Made by a program: the position numbers and the translations under genes
Assembly: GCA_016199935.1 (NCBI GenBank)
Contig: JACQFS010000170.1
Location: 143 to 64,142, forward strand
Source: Verrucomicrobiota bacterium
GTDB taxonomy: Bacteria > Verrucomicrobiota > Verrucomicrobiia > Limisphaerales > JACQFS01
Length of the DNA stretch: 64,000 bases
Direction of reading: 5' to 3'
Part shown: positions 10,051 to 19,505 of the stretch, piece after piece
Layout: the number at the start of each line of letters is the position of its first letter
Numbering within the stretch: position 1 is the first letter of the stretch
Notes under the pieces: model-generated
Seen by the model: only the letters and a program-made list of their open reading frames with translations
Databases searched by the model: none
Told to the model about the DNA's origin: nothing

Positions 10051-10223
10051 GGCGACGCTCAGATTTGTTTAAGCATCTGCGGCAGCAGTGATAAGAGAGG
10101 AATGGTTTGCATGAAGCAAAAGGAAAATTTCACTTTGTCAGCGAACCGGATAAGCGTGCTTTGAACTTTGAGCTTTGAACTTTCCCCCGGCGTCTCTAGC
10201 GTCCGCCCGCAAAACCACGCGCC

Positions 10224-12362
10224 ATGCCTGCATTCGCCCTCGCCATCTTTACCGGCGCCTTTCTCATCTTCCTCGTCCAGCCGCTCATCGCGAAGTTCAT
10301 CCTGCCGTGGTTCGGCGGGACGCCGGCGGTGTGGAGCACGTGCGTCCTTTTTTTCCAACTGCTCCTGCTCGGCGGCTACGCTTACGCGCACCTGAGCATC
10401 AGCAAGCTGACGCCGCGCCGGCAGGTCATCCTGCATCTCGCGCTGCTCGCGGTCGCGCTGCTCTGGCTGCCCATCGTGCCGGGCGAGCAGTGGAAGCCGG
10501 CGGACGGGACGAATCCCTCCGGGCGCATCCTGCTGCTGCTGCTCGCCACGCTCGGCCTGCCGTATCTCGTGCTCTCGGCCACCGGGCCGTTGATGCAGGC
10601 GTGGTTCGCGGAGGCGCGGCCGGGTGTATCGCCGTATCGGCTGTATGCGCTTTCAAATGTGGGCTCGCTGCTCGCGCTCGTGGCGTATCCGTTCATCGTG
10701 GAACCCAACCTCTCGCGGCGCGCGCAGGCGTGGGCGTGGTCCGGCGGGCTGCTGTTGTTCATCGGCTTCGCGGTGTGGTGCGGCGTGCTCGTGTGGAAGG
10801 CGGCGGGGCAGACGAAACCGGCCAGCACACCGGAGATGGCGGCCGCGGATTCTGCCGCCGAAGACAAGGGTGGTCCCAAATGGCTGTGGTTCATGCTCCC
10901 CGCGTGCGCCTCGGTGCTGCTGCTCGCGGTGACGAACAAGATTTGCCAGGACATCGCGGTCATCCCGTTTTTGTGGGTCGTGCCGCTGAGCCTTTACCTC
11001 GTCACGTTCATCGTGAGCTTCGACGGCCCGCGGTGGTATTGGCGGCCGTTCTGGATTCCGCTGTTCGTGATCTCCATTGGTGCGCTGCTCTGGATGCTCG
11101 CGGGGCCGGACCTCACCGAGCCGACTTCCAAAACTCTCAAGCCGCTCGCCTGGCTCATTGAAAAATCCAACGGCCTGTCCATCCTCACGATCATCGGCAT
11201 CTACGTCGGCACGATGTTCGTGTGCTGCATGGTCTGCCACGGCGAGCTCTACCGGCTCCGGCCCGGCGCGAAAAAACTCACGGGCTACTTCCTCACCATC
11301 TCCGCCGGCGGCGCGGCGGGCGGTCTGTTCGTCGCGCTCGTCGCGCCGTTCATCTTCCGCCATTTCCTGGAAATGCAGGTTGGTTTCTTCGCCGTGTGCG
11401 TGCTCGTGGTGACCGTGCTCTGGGTGGACAAGAATGGCTGGCTGCGTCATCCGCGCCACGCGTGGTCGTGGTTCGTCGTGCTGCCGGCGCTCGGCGGAGT
11501 GGGCGGGCTGTTTTACTTCGACGCGCGCGAGGACATGCGCGGTGCCTCCGAGCTGGCGCGGAACTTCTACGGTGTGCTCAAGGTTTACGAGTCCTGGCCC
11601 GACAATCCGGATCTGCACAAATTCATGTTCCAGCACGGCGGCACCACGCACGGGTTGCAGTTTGTGGATGACGCCAAGCGCCGCCTGCCGACGACGTATT
11701 ACACGAGCAGCAGCGGCGTGGGGTTGGCGATGAAAAATTTCCCGCGCAAGGAGAACCGCCGCATCGGCCTCGTGGGCCTCGGCGCGGGCAGCCTCGCGGT
11801 ATATGGCAAAGCGGGCGACACCATGCGCATCTACGAGATCAACCCCGAGGTGCCGCGCATCGCAAACAAATGGTTCACCTACCTCAAGGACTCCGCCGCG
11901 AAGATTGAGCTCTCGATGGGCGACGCGCGCCTCTCGCTGGAACGCGAGCCGTCGCAGCAGTTCGACATCCTCGTGCTCGACGCCTTCAGCAGCGACGCGA
12001 TCCCGGTGCACCTGCTCACGCGCGAGGCCATCGAGATTTACCGGCGGCACCTGAAGCCGGACGGCGTGATCTGCGTGCACATCTCCAATCGCCACCTGAA
12101 TCTCCAACCCGTCGTGTTCGACCTCGCCAGGCATTTCAACTACAAGGCCATCCTCTTTCGCGACGACGACGTGGACGAACGGCAGGAGGACGAGGAAACC
12201 GGCGGCGCCTACACGACCGACTGGGTGCTGCTGACGAACAACGAGGAGTTCGCGAACCTCCCCGCCATCCACGGCGGCAAGGGCGAGCGGGACGAGTTCA
12301 AAAAGAAAATGCCGATGTGGACCGACGAGCGCAGCAGCCTCTCGGAGATTTTCATTTTCTGA
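10224..12362 (+). CDS. Fused MFS/spermidine synthase family membrane protein
   Basis: Multi-TM N-terminus (PWFGGTPAVW, YRLYALSNVGSL); C-terminal GLVGLGAGS, YEINP, GDAR, LDAFSSDAIPVHLLT. Confidence 0.9.
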   Translation: MPAFALAIFTGAFLIFLVQPLIAKFILPWFGGTPAVWSTCVLFFQLLLLGGYAYAHLSISKLTPRRQVILHLALLAVALLWLPIVPGEQWKPADGTNPSGRILLLLLATLGLPYLVLSATGPLMQAWFAEARPGVSPYRLYALSNVGSLLALVAYPFIVEPNLSRRAQAWAWSGGLLLFIGFAVWCGVLVWKAAGQTKPASTPEMAAADSAAEDKGGPKWLWFMLPACASVLLLAVTNKICQDIAVIPFLWVVPLSLYLVTFIVSFDGPRWYWRPFWIPLFVISIGALLWMLAGPDLTEPTSKTLKPLAWLIEKSNGLSILTIIGIYVGTMFVCCMVCHGELYRLRPGAKKLTGYFLTISAGGAAGGLFVALVAPFIFRHFLEMQVGFFAVCVLVVTVLWVDKNGWLRHPRHAWSWFVVLPALGGVGGLFYFDAREDMRGASELARNFYGVLKVYESWPDNPDLHKFMFQHGGTTHGLQFVDDAKRRLPTTYYTSSSGVGLAMKNFPRKENRRIGLVGLGAGSLAVYGKAGDTMRIYEINPEVPRIANKWFTYLKDSAAKIELSMGDARLSLEREPSQQFDILVLDAFSSDAIPVHLLTREAIEIYRRHLKPDGVICVHISNRHLNLQPVVFDLARHFNYKAILFRDDDVDERQEDEETGGAYTTDWVLLTNNEEFANLPAIHGGKGERDEFKKKMPMWTDERSSLSEIFIF

Positions 12363-12475
12363 AAGGCGGCGTGACGCCGCGCTCCGACACCCACGAGGTC
12401 CAGATGCGTTTCGCCCTGAAGTTTTTCCCCGAACGCCCGTTTGACTTTGCCCCGGCCGCTGGCATTCTGCGCCCC

Positions 12476-13024
12476 ATGAAATTTGTCCTCCTCGCCGCCG
12501 TGGCCGCGCTCGTCGCGGGCAGCGTGGGCGCGCGCGCCGCGGGACTGCTCGACATCCCGCTCAAGGACATCCACGGCAAGGACACGTCGCTCAAGGCGTG
12601 GAAGGGCAAGGTGCTGCTCATCGTCAACGTCGCGAGCGAGTGCGGTTACACGCCGCAATACGCCGGCCTCGAGGCGCTCTACCAGAAGCACAAGGACGCC
12701 GGCCTCGTGGTGTTGGGTTTTCCGTGCAACCAGTTCGGCGGACAGGAGCCGGGCGGCGAGGCGGAGATTTTGAAATTCTGCACCGGCAACTACCACGTCA
12801 CGTTCCCGATGTTCAGCAAGGTCGAGGTCAACGGCCCGGGCGCGCACCCGCTCTTCGCCGCGCTCACGGGCAAGGACTCGCCGGCGCCCGGTCCGGTGGC
12901 GTGGAATTTTGGAAAGTTTCTCATTGGCCGCGACGGCAAGATTGTGAAACGCTTCGACTCCGGCGACGAACCGGAGTCGCCGGAGGTGGTGTCCGCCATC
13001 GCGGCGGCACTCAAAACCAAATAA
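12476..13024 (+). CDS. Glutathione peroxidase (Cys-type) with signal peptide
   Basis: NVASECGYTPQY, LGFPCNQFGGQEPG, WNFGKFLI. Confidence 0.93.
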   Translation: MKFVLLAAVAALVAGSVGARAAGLLDIPLKDIHGKDTSLKAWKGKVLLIVNVASECGYTPQYAGLEALYQKHKDAGLVVLGFPCNQFGGQEPGGEAEILKFCTGNYHVTFPMFSKVEVNGPGAHPLFAALTGKDSPAPGPVAWNFGKFLIGRDGKIVKRFDSGDEPESPEVVSAIAAALKTK

Positions 13025-13088
13025 ACTCGTCGGAAAAATTACGGCCGGCGGGCGCCGAATGCGCCGCGCGGGCCAGAGCGAAAAAATT

Positions 13089-13391
13089 ATGTCCAAGATC
13101 AACCACGTCGTCCTCCTGAAGTTCAAAGAGGGAACCACCGAAGAAACCGTCACGCAGATTTTCGACCAGGTGCTCGAACTCTCCGAGAACGTCCCCGGCA
13201 TCGAGAACTACACCGGCGGCCCGAACAACAGCCCCGAGGGGCTTGCGCAGGGCTTCACCCACGCGTTCGTCATCACCTTCAGCGATGCCGCCGCGCGCGA
13301 CGCCTACCTCACGAACGCCGACCACGGAAAGTTCAAGGACGCCGCGCTGCCGCACGTGGAGAACGTGGCCATCGTGGATTTCGAGGTTTGA
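13089..13391 (+). CDS. Dabb (stress-responsive A/B barrel) protein
   Basis: HVVLLKFK, GPNNSPEG, GFTHAFVITF..RDAYL..H, VDF end. Confidence 0.88.
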   Translation: MSKINHVVLLKFKEGTTEETVTQIFDQVLELSENVPGIENYTGGPNNSPEGLAQGFTHAFVITFSDAAARDAYLTNADHGKFKDAALPHVENVAIVDFEV

Positions 13392-13394
13392 GTC

Positions 13395-13462
13395 GGAGCG
13401 CGGAGCTCCGGCTCCGCGTGTCCCGGTCCGTTCGAACGCGCAGAGCTGGAGCTCTGCGCTCC
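13395..13462. repeat. Inverted REP pair between convergent genes
   Basis: GGAGCGCGGAGCTCCGGCTCCGCG ... CGCGCAGAGCTGGAGCTCTGCGCTCC. Confidence 0.6.
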
Positions 13463-14569
13463 TCATTTTTCCCCGAGCGCCTTCACGACCCGCTGGCGCT
13501 CGTCCTTGTCCTTCCGGCCGAGCTTGCGGACTTCCTTGTAGAATTTTTCCGAGTCGCCGTCCTGTTGCTTGAGCAGCGCGGCGAAGCCGGGGACGAGTTC
13601 GTAGTAAGTTGAAATGGTGTTGAGCCGTGCGTTATTCAGCTCCTTGGCGAACCACCGGTCGTATTCGCCGCGGCCGCCCCACGTTTCCTTCAGCCCGCCG
13701 TAGCTTGCGCGCAGACGATCGAACGCGGCGGCTTTCTCCGCGCGCATCGTCTCGGGCGGGAGGTTCGTGCGCGCGTAGAGCGCGGTCAGTTCGTCGCGCG
13801 TGCGGAAGATGAGGTGGGAAAAATCGGTCTCGTGGCCGAGGCCGGCCTCATACTTCGCGAGCGCCTCCGGTTTTTTCTCCGCGCGAAACCAGCGGCGCAC
13901 GCCCTCCTGCGCATTGGCGGTGGCGAAGGCCTCGTTGAAATCCGTGTCGCCGGAAATGAAGACCTTCTGGTGCGTGAGTTCGTGGAAAAGCACCTCGGCG
14001 AGATCGTCCTCGTCGCGGTTGATGAAAGTGTTGAGCACCGGATCGGGAAACCAGCCGAGCGTCGAGTAGGCCTCCACCCCGCCGACGAAGACATCCTGCC
14101 CCTCGGTTCTTATTTTCGCCGCGTAGTCGCGGGCGCTCCGCTCGTTGAAGTAGCCGCGGTATTTCAAACTCCCGACCAACGGATACCACCAGCTCCGCGC
14201 TTCAAGCGAAAACTCCGGCGCGGCGTAAATGGTCCACACGGCGTAGCGCCGGCCGAGGTCGGCGTAGTTGAGGTAATGGCGATGCGCGGAGAGATGCAGC
14301 TCGCGCTCGGCGAAGGTGCGCACGCGCAGGACGAATTCGAGCTGGGCGCGGAGCTTGGGCGGCGTGTTGGTGCTCGCGAGAAAATCCGCGATGGGCTTGG
14401 GCGCCGTGAGCATTTGCCATTGCCCGCGCGCGGCCTGGCCGTAGAACCGGCACGACTCGCACCCGCACAGCGCGAGCAGCAGCGCGAGCAGCAGCGCGAG
14501 CGAGGCGAACAGGAAGGTGAGTTTTCTGGCGCGCTTCTTTCGCGATTTGGCGGCGGGGGCGTCGGGCAC
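13463..14569 (-). CDS. Putative zinc aminopeptidase (predicted lipoprotein)
   Basis: AYSTLGWFPDP, HELTH zinc motif, DTDFNEAFA, NNARL. Confidence 0.85.
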   Translation of the reverse strand: MPDAPAAKSRKKRARKLTFLFASLALLLALLLALCGCESCRFYGQAARGQWQMLTAPKPIADFLASTNTPPKLRAQLEFVLRVRTFAERELHLSAHRHYLNYADLGRRYAVWTIYAAPEFSLEARSWWYPLVGSLKYRGYFNERSARDYAAKIRTEGQDVFVGGVEAYSTLGWFPDPVLNTFINRDEDDLAEVLFHELTHQKVFISGDTDFNEAFATANAQEGVRRWFRAEKKPEALAKYEAGLGHETDFSHLIFRTRDELTALYARTNLPPETMRAEKAAAFDRLRASYGGLKETWGGRGEYDRWFAKELNNARLNTISTYYELVPGFAALLKQQDGDSEKFYKEVRKLGRKDKDERQRVVKALGEK

Positions 14570-14774
14570 GGCGGGGTTTGTAATTCAGAACCGGCGCGGT
14601 GTCAGCAAGCCAGTGCCGCAGGCACGAAAGAAAATAGCCCCGGTTTTCAAGCCGGGGTTTGCAGCGGGAGAGTGCGAGTCCCGTCAGGGACGAGAGAAGG
14701 ATGAACGAAATTTTTCTGCCGGCCCTTCGGGACTCGGGGCCGGAACTGCCGGCAGGATGCCGGCGGCACGTTGG

Positions 14775-15911
14775 TCAATGATGCGTGCAGACGAGGTCGC
14801 GCGCCGGCTCGATGCCCCAGCGTTTGCCGGTGGCTTCGAGGTCGGGTGTGAGCGACCAGCGGTCGGGCAGGGGCTCGCCGGCGTAACCGGGATTGCCGCC
14901 CTTGAGTTCCATGCAGCCCTTGTTGTCGCCGATGCGCGCGATGGCTTCGATTTCCTCCGCGCTCAACTTCACGTCGGGCAGCGCGGCGAGTTCGTCCACC
15001 TTGGCCTCGTAAGTTTTCGCGCCGTCGCCGAGCTCCTGGACGAAGGTGGGGATGACGCTCTGCACGGGCGATTGCGCGAGGGTCCAGAGGCACGCGAGTT
15101 GGAGCGGGGTGAGGCCGTGCTTCTGCGCGATGGGGCGCATTTTTTCCAGCTTCTCGTTGCCGGCCTCGACCCAGCCGGCGGGGCGATGCGCGCGGTGATC
15201 GTGCGAGCCGAACTGGTGGCCGGGCTTCACGTCGTCGTGAAAGATGCCGCCGTAGTCCACGACGCGGGCCATGAGTTTCACGTTGTGTTTGCGCGCGGCG
15301 GGGAGGGCGAGGTTGCCGGGCCACGGCTCCATCGGGCCGAGGATGATCATCGCCCAGTCAATGAGTCCGTCGAAGCGCTCGAAGCAGTTGATGAGGTCGA
15401 GCGAGAAGCCGTTGGCCGGTCCGGGCGCGACGCCGAGGAGGCTCGTAAGCTTGGACTCCTTGAGTTTCTCCATGCCTTTCCACACAACCTCGTTGGCGTA
15501 GCCGATGGAGTCGGGGTTGTGCAGCATCACGACGTCGAAGTGGTCGGTGCGGCAGCGTTCGAGGCATTTCGTCGCGGCCATTTCGAGGTAGCCGGCGTAG
15601 TCGGCGGGCTGGCGCAACGTGGAGCTGGTGAAGCGCGGGAAGCCTTTCGAGCCGTCGCGTTTTCCGGAATAAATGTCGTGCCCGAGCACGCCGACGAGGC
15701 AGTAAGTGTCGCGCGGCACGCCGGCGAGCGCGCGGCCGAGCATCGTGTCGGCCTCGCCGTTGCCGTAAACGTCGGAGGTCATGAAGGTGCGGATGCCGCG
15801 GTCGTAGGCGCGGCGCAGGGCGGCGAGGTAGCGTTCCTCGGTGAGCGGTTCGCCGAAGTGCATGTAGCGTCCGCCGCTCCAGGTTCCGTAGGCAGTGCGA
15901 GTGGGTTGCAT
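14775..15911 (-). CDS. Aldo/keto reductase
   Basis: YGTWSGG, TSDVYGNGEAD, DVVMLHNPD, TPLQLACLWTL. Confidence 0.88.
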   Translation of the reverse strand: MQPTRTAYGTWSGGRYMHFGEPLTEERYLAALRRAYDRGIRTFMTSDVYGNGEADTMLGRALAGVPRDTYCLVGVLGHDIYSGKRDGSKGFPRFTSSTLRQPADYAGYLEMAATKCLERCRTDHFDVVMLHNPDSIGYANEVVWKGMEKLKESKLTSLLGVAPGPANGFSLDLINCFERFDGLIDWAMIILGPMEPWPGNLALPAARKHNVKLMARVVDYGGIFHDDVKPGHQFGSHDHRAHRPAGWVEAGNEKLEKMRPIAQKHGLTPLQLACLWTLAQSPVQSVIPTFVQELGDGAKTYEAKVDELAALPDVKLSAEEIEAIARIGDNKGCMELKGGNPGYAGEPLPDRWSLTPDLEATGKRWGIEPARDLVCTHH

Positions 15912-16000
15912 AAATTTTAGCGGGGCGAAATCTAGAAGCGCGGCCGGGCGGGGGCAAACCTGTTTTTGTCAGCGTTCACCCGGATGTTGCGGCGGGGTTT

Positions 16001-16115
16001 TAACGCAAAGGCGCAAAGGCGCAAAGACGCGAGAGGAATCTCAGATCGAGTCTGGCCCGCCAAGCGGAAGTCGTTTGTATTCCTCGCGCCTTTGCGTCGT
16101 TGCGCCTTTGCGCTA
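16001..16115. repeat. Palindromic intergenic element (ACGCAAAGGCGCAAAG type)
   Basis: 8-mer iterations at the left arm and their complement at the right arm. Confidence 0.6.
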
Positions 16116-16126
16116 AAAAGAAAACC

Positions 16127-17485
16127 TCACGCCACCCGCCAGATCCCGCGATACTCGCGGTCGAGCCACTTCGCGTTGCCGGTGCCGTTGATGAATTCGT
16201 GCTTCGCCGGGTTCCACTGGATTTTCTTCCCGTAGCGGTAGGCGAAATTCACGAGGTGGCAGACGGTGACGGTGTGTGCGCCAACATCCACGTCCGTGAT
16301 CGGCCGCTTGCGGTTGCGAATGCACGCGATGAAATCCGCCTTGTGATCCGTGCTGGCGTAGAGCTTCACCTTGGCCTTCGCGAGATACTCCTTTTCCACG
16401 CCGTCCAGGATTTGCTGCAAGCCGGCCTTGTCCTTGGCGAGCGAACTGGCCGCGTCCTTGCCGCCGAGTTCCATCCCGAACTTGCCCCGGTTCACATAAA
16501 TTTTCCCGCCGCTGCCGAAGAACGTCACACCGTTCTCGCTGATGTGCTCGACCTCGATGCCGTCCGCGTAGCGGTAGCGCACGCCGCTCTGCGCCGTCGC
16601 CACGTCGGCGGGCGGGGTGATCTCGACGGGACCGCTGGCGTCCATGCCCAGGCCCCATTGCGCGATGTCGAAATGGTGCGCGCCCCAGTCGGTGACCATG
16701 CCGCCGCCGTATTCCCAATAGTTGCGCCACGCGGGGAAATGAGTGTGGACGCCGCGCGGGCTGAGGATCGAGTTGTAGGGCCGCATCGGCGCGGGGCCGA
16801 GCCACATGTTCCAGTCGAGGCCCGGCTCCATCGGCTCCTCGGGCAGGTCGCACGGTTTGCCGGGGCCGCCGACGCCGACGGTGACGCGGGAAATTTTTCC
16901 GATGACGCCATTGCGGACGAGTTCGCACGCGACGCGGAACTCGCGCGAACTGCGCTGCATCGAGCCGGTCTGGAACACGCGCTGGTTCCGGCGCACGGCG
17001 GCCACCATGGCGCGCGCTTCCTTGACCGTTTCGGACAGCGGCTTCTCGCAATAGATGTCCTTGCCCGCGTAGGCCGCGGCGACGCTGATGATCGCGTGCC
17101 AGTGGTCCGGCGTGGCGATGCAGACGGCGTCAATGTCCTTGCGCGCGAGCACCGCGTGGAAGTCGGTGTAAGCGTCGCAGCCCTTGAACGTGCCGCCGGG
17201 CGTCTTCTTCGCGTAGTAAGCCTCGACCGTTTTCTTCGCGGCCTCGCGGCGCGTGGTGTCCACGTCGCACACGGCGACGACCTGCGTGTCGGCGCGATTG
17301 AGGAAGCCGCCGAGGAGCCCGCCGGCCTGTTTGCCGTTGCCGATGAAACCCATCGTGAGGCGGTCGTTCGCGCCGAGGCGGCGGTCGGTCGCGCAACCGC
17401 CGGAAAGAATCAGCGGCGCGGCGAACGCGGTGGCGGCGGAGGCGTGGAGGAAATGGCGGCGGGAGACGTTGGCGGGGTTGGTCAT
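16127..17485 (-). CDS. Gfo/Idh/MocA oxidoreductase with Tat signal
   Basis: SRRHFL Tat motif, ATPDHWH, DIYCEKPL, DWGAHHFD. Confidence 0.92.
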   Translation of the reverse strand: MTNPANVSRRHFLHASAATAFAAPLILSGGCATDRRLGANDRLTMGFIGNGKQAGGLLGGFLNRADTQVVAVCDVDTTRREAAKKTVEAYYAKKTPGGTFKGCDAYTDFHAVLARKDIDAVCIATPDHWHAIISVAAAYAGKDIYCEKPLSETVKEARAMVAAVRRNQRVFQTGSMQRSSREFRVACELVRNGVIGKISRVTVGVGGPGKPCDLPEEPMEPGLDWNMWLGPAPMRPYNSILSPRGVHTHFPAWRNYWEYGGGMVTDWGAHHFDIAQWGLGMDASGPVEITPPADVATAQSGVRYRYADGIEVEHISENGVTFFGSGGKIYVNRGKFGMELGGKDAASSLAKDKAGLQQILDGVEKEYLAKAKVKLYASTDHKADFIACIRNRKRPITDVDVGAHTVTVCHLVNFAYRYGKKIQWNPAKHEFINGTGNAKWLDREYRGIWRVA

Positions 17486-17735
17486 GCGGCTGTTATGCGC
17501 CGCGAGGAAAGCGGCGGCAAGTTTTTCTATTTCCATCCGCGGCCGGGCAGGCCGGCGAAAAATCGTAACACCCCCCGCCGTAAAGTTCCGCCCGTGAGGG
17601 CAGGGTGGTTCAACGGCGGGCGGGGGCGCGCAACGGCTGGGAAGAGCGCCACCGCCGCAGACGACGAACCCTCGTTCCAACAAGGGAACGACAGCGGGCG
17701 AGGGGTGTTAAATCCAAAAGCATTTCGGTGCCGGT

Positions 17736-18203
17736 TCAGAGGCGCCCCTGCGCGATGCCCAATTGGGTGTCGCGGTAGGTGCGCAAAAAAAGATTCGTCT
17801 CGGCGACCTGCTGCATGATGAGCGCGCCGAGGCTGTCAATGTCGTCCTTGTGGACGACGGCGTTGACGCTGTGCTGGAGGGCGTGGAGCGTGTTGAGCGT
17901 CGCGAAATTTTCGCCGAGGAGGAAAATCACCGAGTGCCGGCGGCGGCTCATCGGCATCTGCTGGAGCGTGGTGAGCGCGCGGTTGTCAACCGGGAGATCG
18001 CAGAGAAACTTCTCCTCGATGATCACCAGTTCGTATTGGACGTGGACGTAGTTGTTGAGGAAGTCGTCGTGGTGCGCGGCCTCGTAGGGTTTGTAGCCGA
18101 GCGCCTTGAGGACGTCCTTGGCGACGCCGAGATACTCGGGCGAACTGAGGCCGAGCAGGGCGGGTTTGCCCTCGGCGCTGCCAAAATCAATTTCGATGGC
18201 CAT
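17736..18203 (-). CDS. Hypothetical protein co-transcribed with pilT/pilU (possible degenerate receiver-like fold)
   Basis: 3 nt downstream of the ATPase gene; alternating alpha/beta pattern; fold is inference. Confidence 0.7.
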   Translation of the reverse strand: MAIEIDFGSAEGKPALLGLSSPEYLGVAKDVLKALGYKPYEAAHHDDFLNNYVHVQYELVIIEEKFLCDLPVDNRALTTLQQMPMSRRRHSVIFLLGENFATLNTLHALQHSVNAVVHKDDIDSLGALIMQQVAETNLFLRTYRDTQLGIAQGRL

Positions 18204-18206
18204 GCG

Positions 18207-19460
18207 TCACTTGAGTTTGAGCGCGAAGCCCGGTTGGGGCGCGCGGCGTAGTCCAGGTTCGGCCGCGCCGCGCGGGGCGGGGGCGCCCTTCGCGGGGCCG
18301 CCGGCCGCGGGCAGCGACGAGAGGTTGAGTTTCACGAGGTCCTCGGCGGAGAGGCCCTGCTTCTTGCGGATCATGTCAATGCCGCGCGAGACGTGGCCGC
18401 GCTTGGTCGCGTAGCGCAATGCGATCTCCTCGCTGATGACGCCGGACTCGTAGGCTTCGAGGCACGAGTAATCAAACGTGCGCCAGCCGAAGGTGGTGCT
18501 CGCCTCGATGATCTCGTAAAAACTTTTCCCGTCGCTCTCGCCGTGGATGACGCTCTCGTTGACGCGGAGGTTGGTGCCCATGATTTCGAGCAACGGCATG
18601 CGCCCGCCGGATTGCTTGGGGACGAGCCGCTGGCTGATGACCCAGCGGAGCGTGTCGGCGAGCCGGTAGCGCACCTGTTCCTGCTCCTCGGGGTCGAACA
18701 TGCCGAGGATGCGGTTGACCGTCTGGCCGGCGTCGATCGTGTGCAGCGTGCTGAAGACGAGGTGGCCCGTCTCCGCGGCGGTGAGCGCGATCTCGACCGT
18801 GAGGCGGTCGCGCATTTCGCCCACGAGGATGATCTTCGGCGCCTGGCGCAGCGCGGCGCGCAGGCCGTTGGCGTAGGTGTCGAAGTCGTTGCCCATCTCG
18901 CGCTGGTTGAAGGTGGAGAGCACCGGCGTGTGGACGAACTCGACCGGGTCCTCGAGCGTGATGATGTGGCAGGCGCGCTTGTTGTTGATCTCGCCGAGCA
19001 TGGCCGCGAGCGTCGTGGATTTGCCGCTGCCCGTGGCGCCGGTGAGGAGGACCAACCCGGTCTTTTCGTCCGTCGGTTTGGAGAGGACCGTCGGCAGGCC
19101 CAACTCGGCGAGGGTGGGGATGGCGGTGTTGAGCTTGCGCAGGACGATCGAGTAGTTGCCGCGCTGCGAGAAGATGTTCACGCGGAAACGCGCGCGGTCG
19201 CTGACGCCGTAGGAGCAATCGCACGAGCCGGTGCGCAGGAGGTCCTCGGTGAGGCGGCGGTTGCCGGCGATGATCTTCAGCGCGAGATGCTCGGTCTGGA
19301 AGGGCGTGAGCGCGCCGATGGGCGGGTCGGTGATGATGGGGACCAACTCGCCATAAACCTCCACCTGCAACGGCCGGCCGGGGGTGAAGTTCAAGTCGGA
19401 GATGTCCGGATACGAATCCATCATCGCCGACAGGAAGTAATCAAGTTCGTTGATCCGCAT
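18207..19460 (-). CDS. PilT/PilU family type IV pilus retraction ATPase (second paralog)
   Basis: TGATGSGKSTT, TLEDPVEF, LRQAPKIILVGEMRD, TGHLVFSTLHT. Confidence 0.92.
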   Translation of the reverse strand: MRINELDYFLSAMMDSYPDISDLNFTPGRPLQVEVYGELVPIITDPPIGALTPFQTEHLALKIIAGNRRLTEDLLRTGSCDCSYGVSDRARFRVNIFSQRGNYSIVLRKLNTAIPTLAELGLPTVLSKPTDEKTGLVLLTGATGSGKSTTLAAMLGEINNKRACHIITLEDPVEFVHTPVLSTFNQREMGNDFDTYANGLRAALRQAPKIILVGEMRDRLTVEIALTAAETGHLVFSTLHTIDAGQTVNRILGMFDPEEQEQVRYRLADTLRWVISQRLVPKQSGGRMPLLEIMGTNLRVNESVIHGESDGKSFYEIIEASTTFGWRTFDYSCLEAYESGVISEEIALRYATKRGHVSRGIDMIRKKQGLSAEDLVKLNLSSLPAAGGPAKGAPAPRGAAEPGLRRAPQPGFALKLK

Positions 19461-19505
19461 GGATTGAAAGCGTCGTTGGCGCGCGCCGCCTGCTTCGCCG
19501 GGTTT

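Larger units (their letters stand above)
8374..10158. mobile_element. Non-autonomous IS1595-like cargo element (TIRs, 8-bp target duplication, no transposase)
   Basis: Left TIR CGTGCTTATCCGGTTTGTTGGCA (8374-8396) vs right TIR revcomp CACGCTTATCCGGTTCGCTGACA (10136-10158), 18/23 identical; CTTTGAAC at 8366-8373 and 10159-10166; interior visibly lower GC. Confidence 0.75.
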
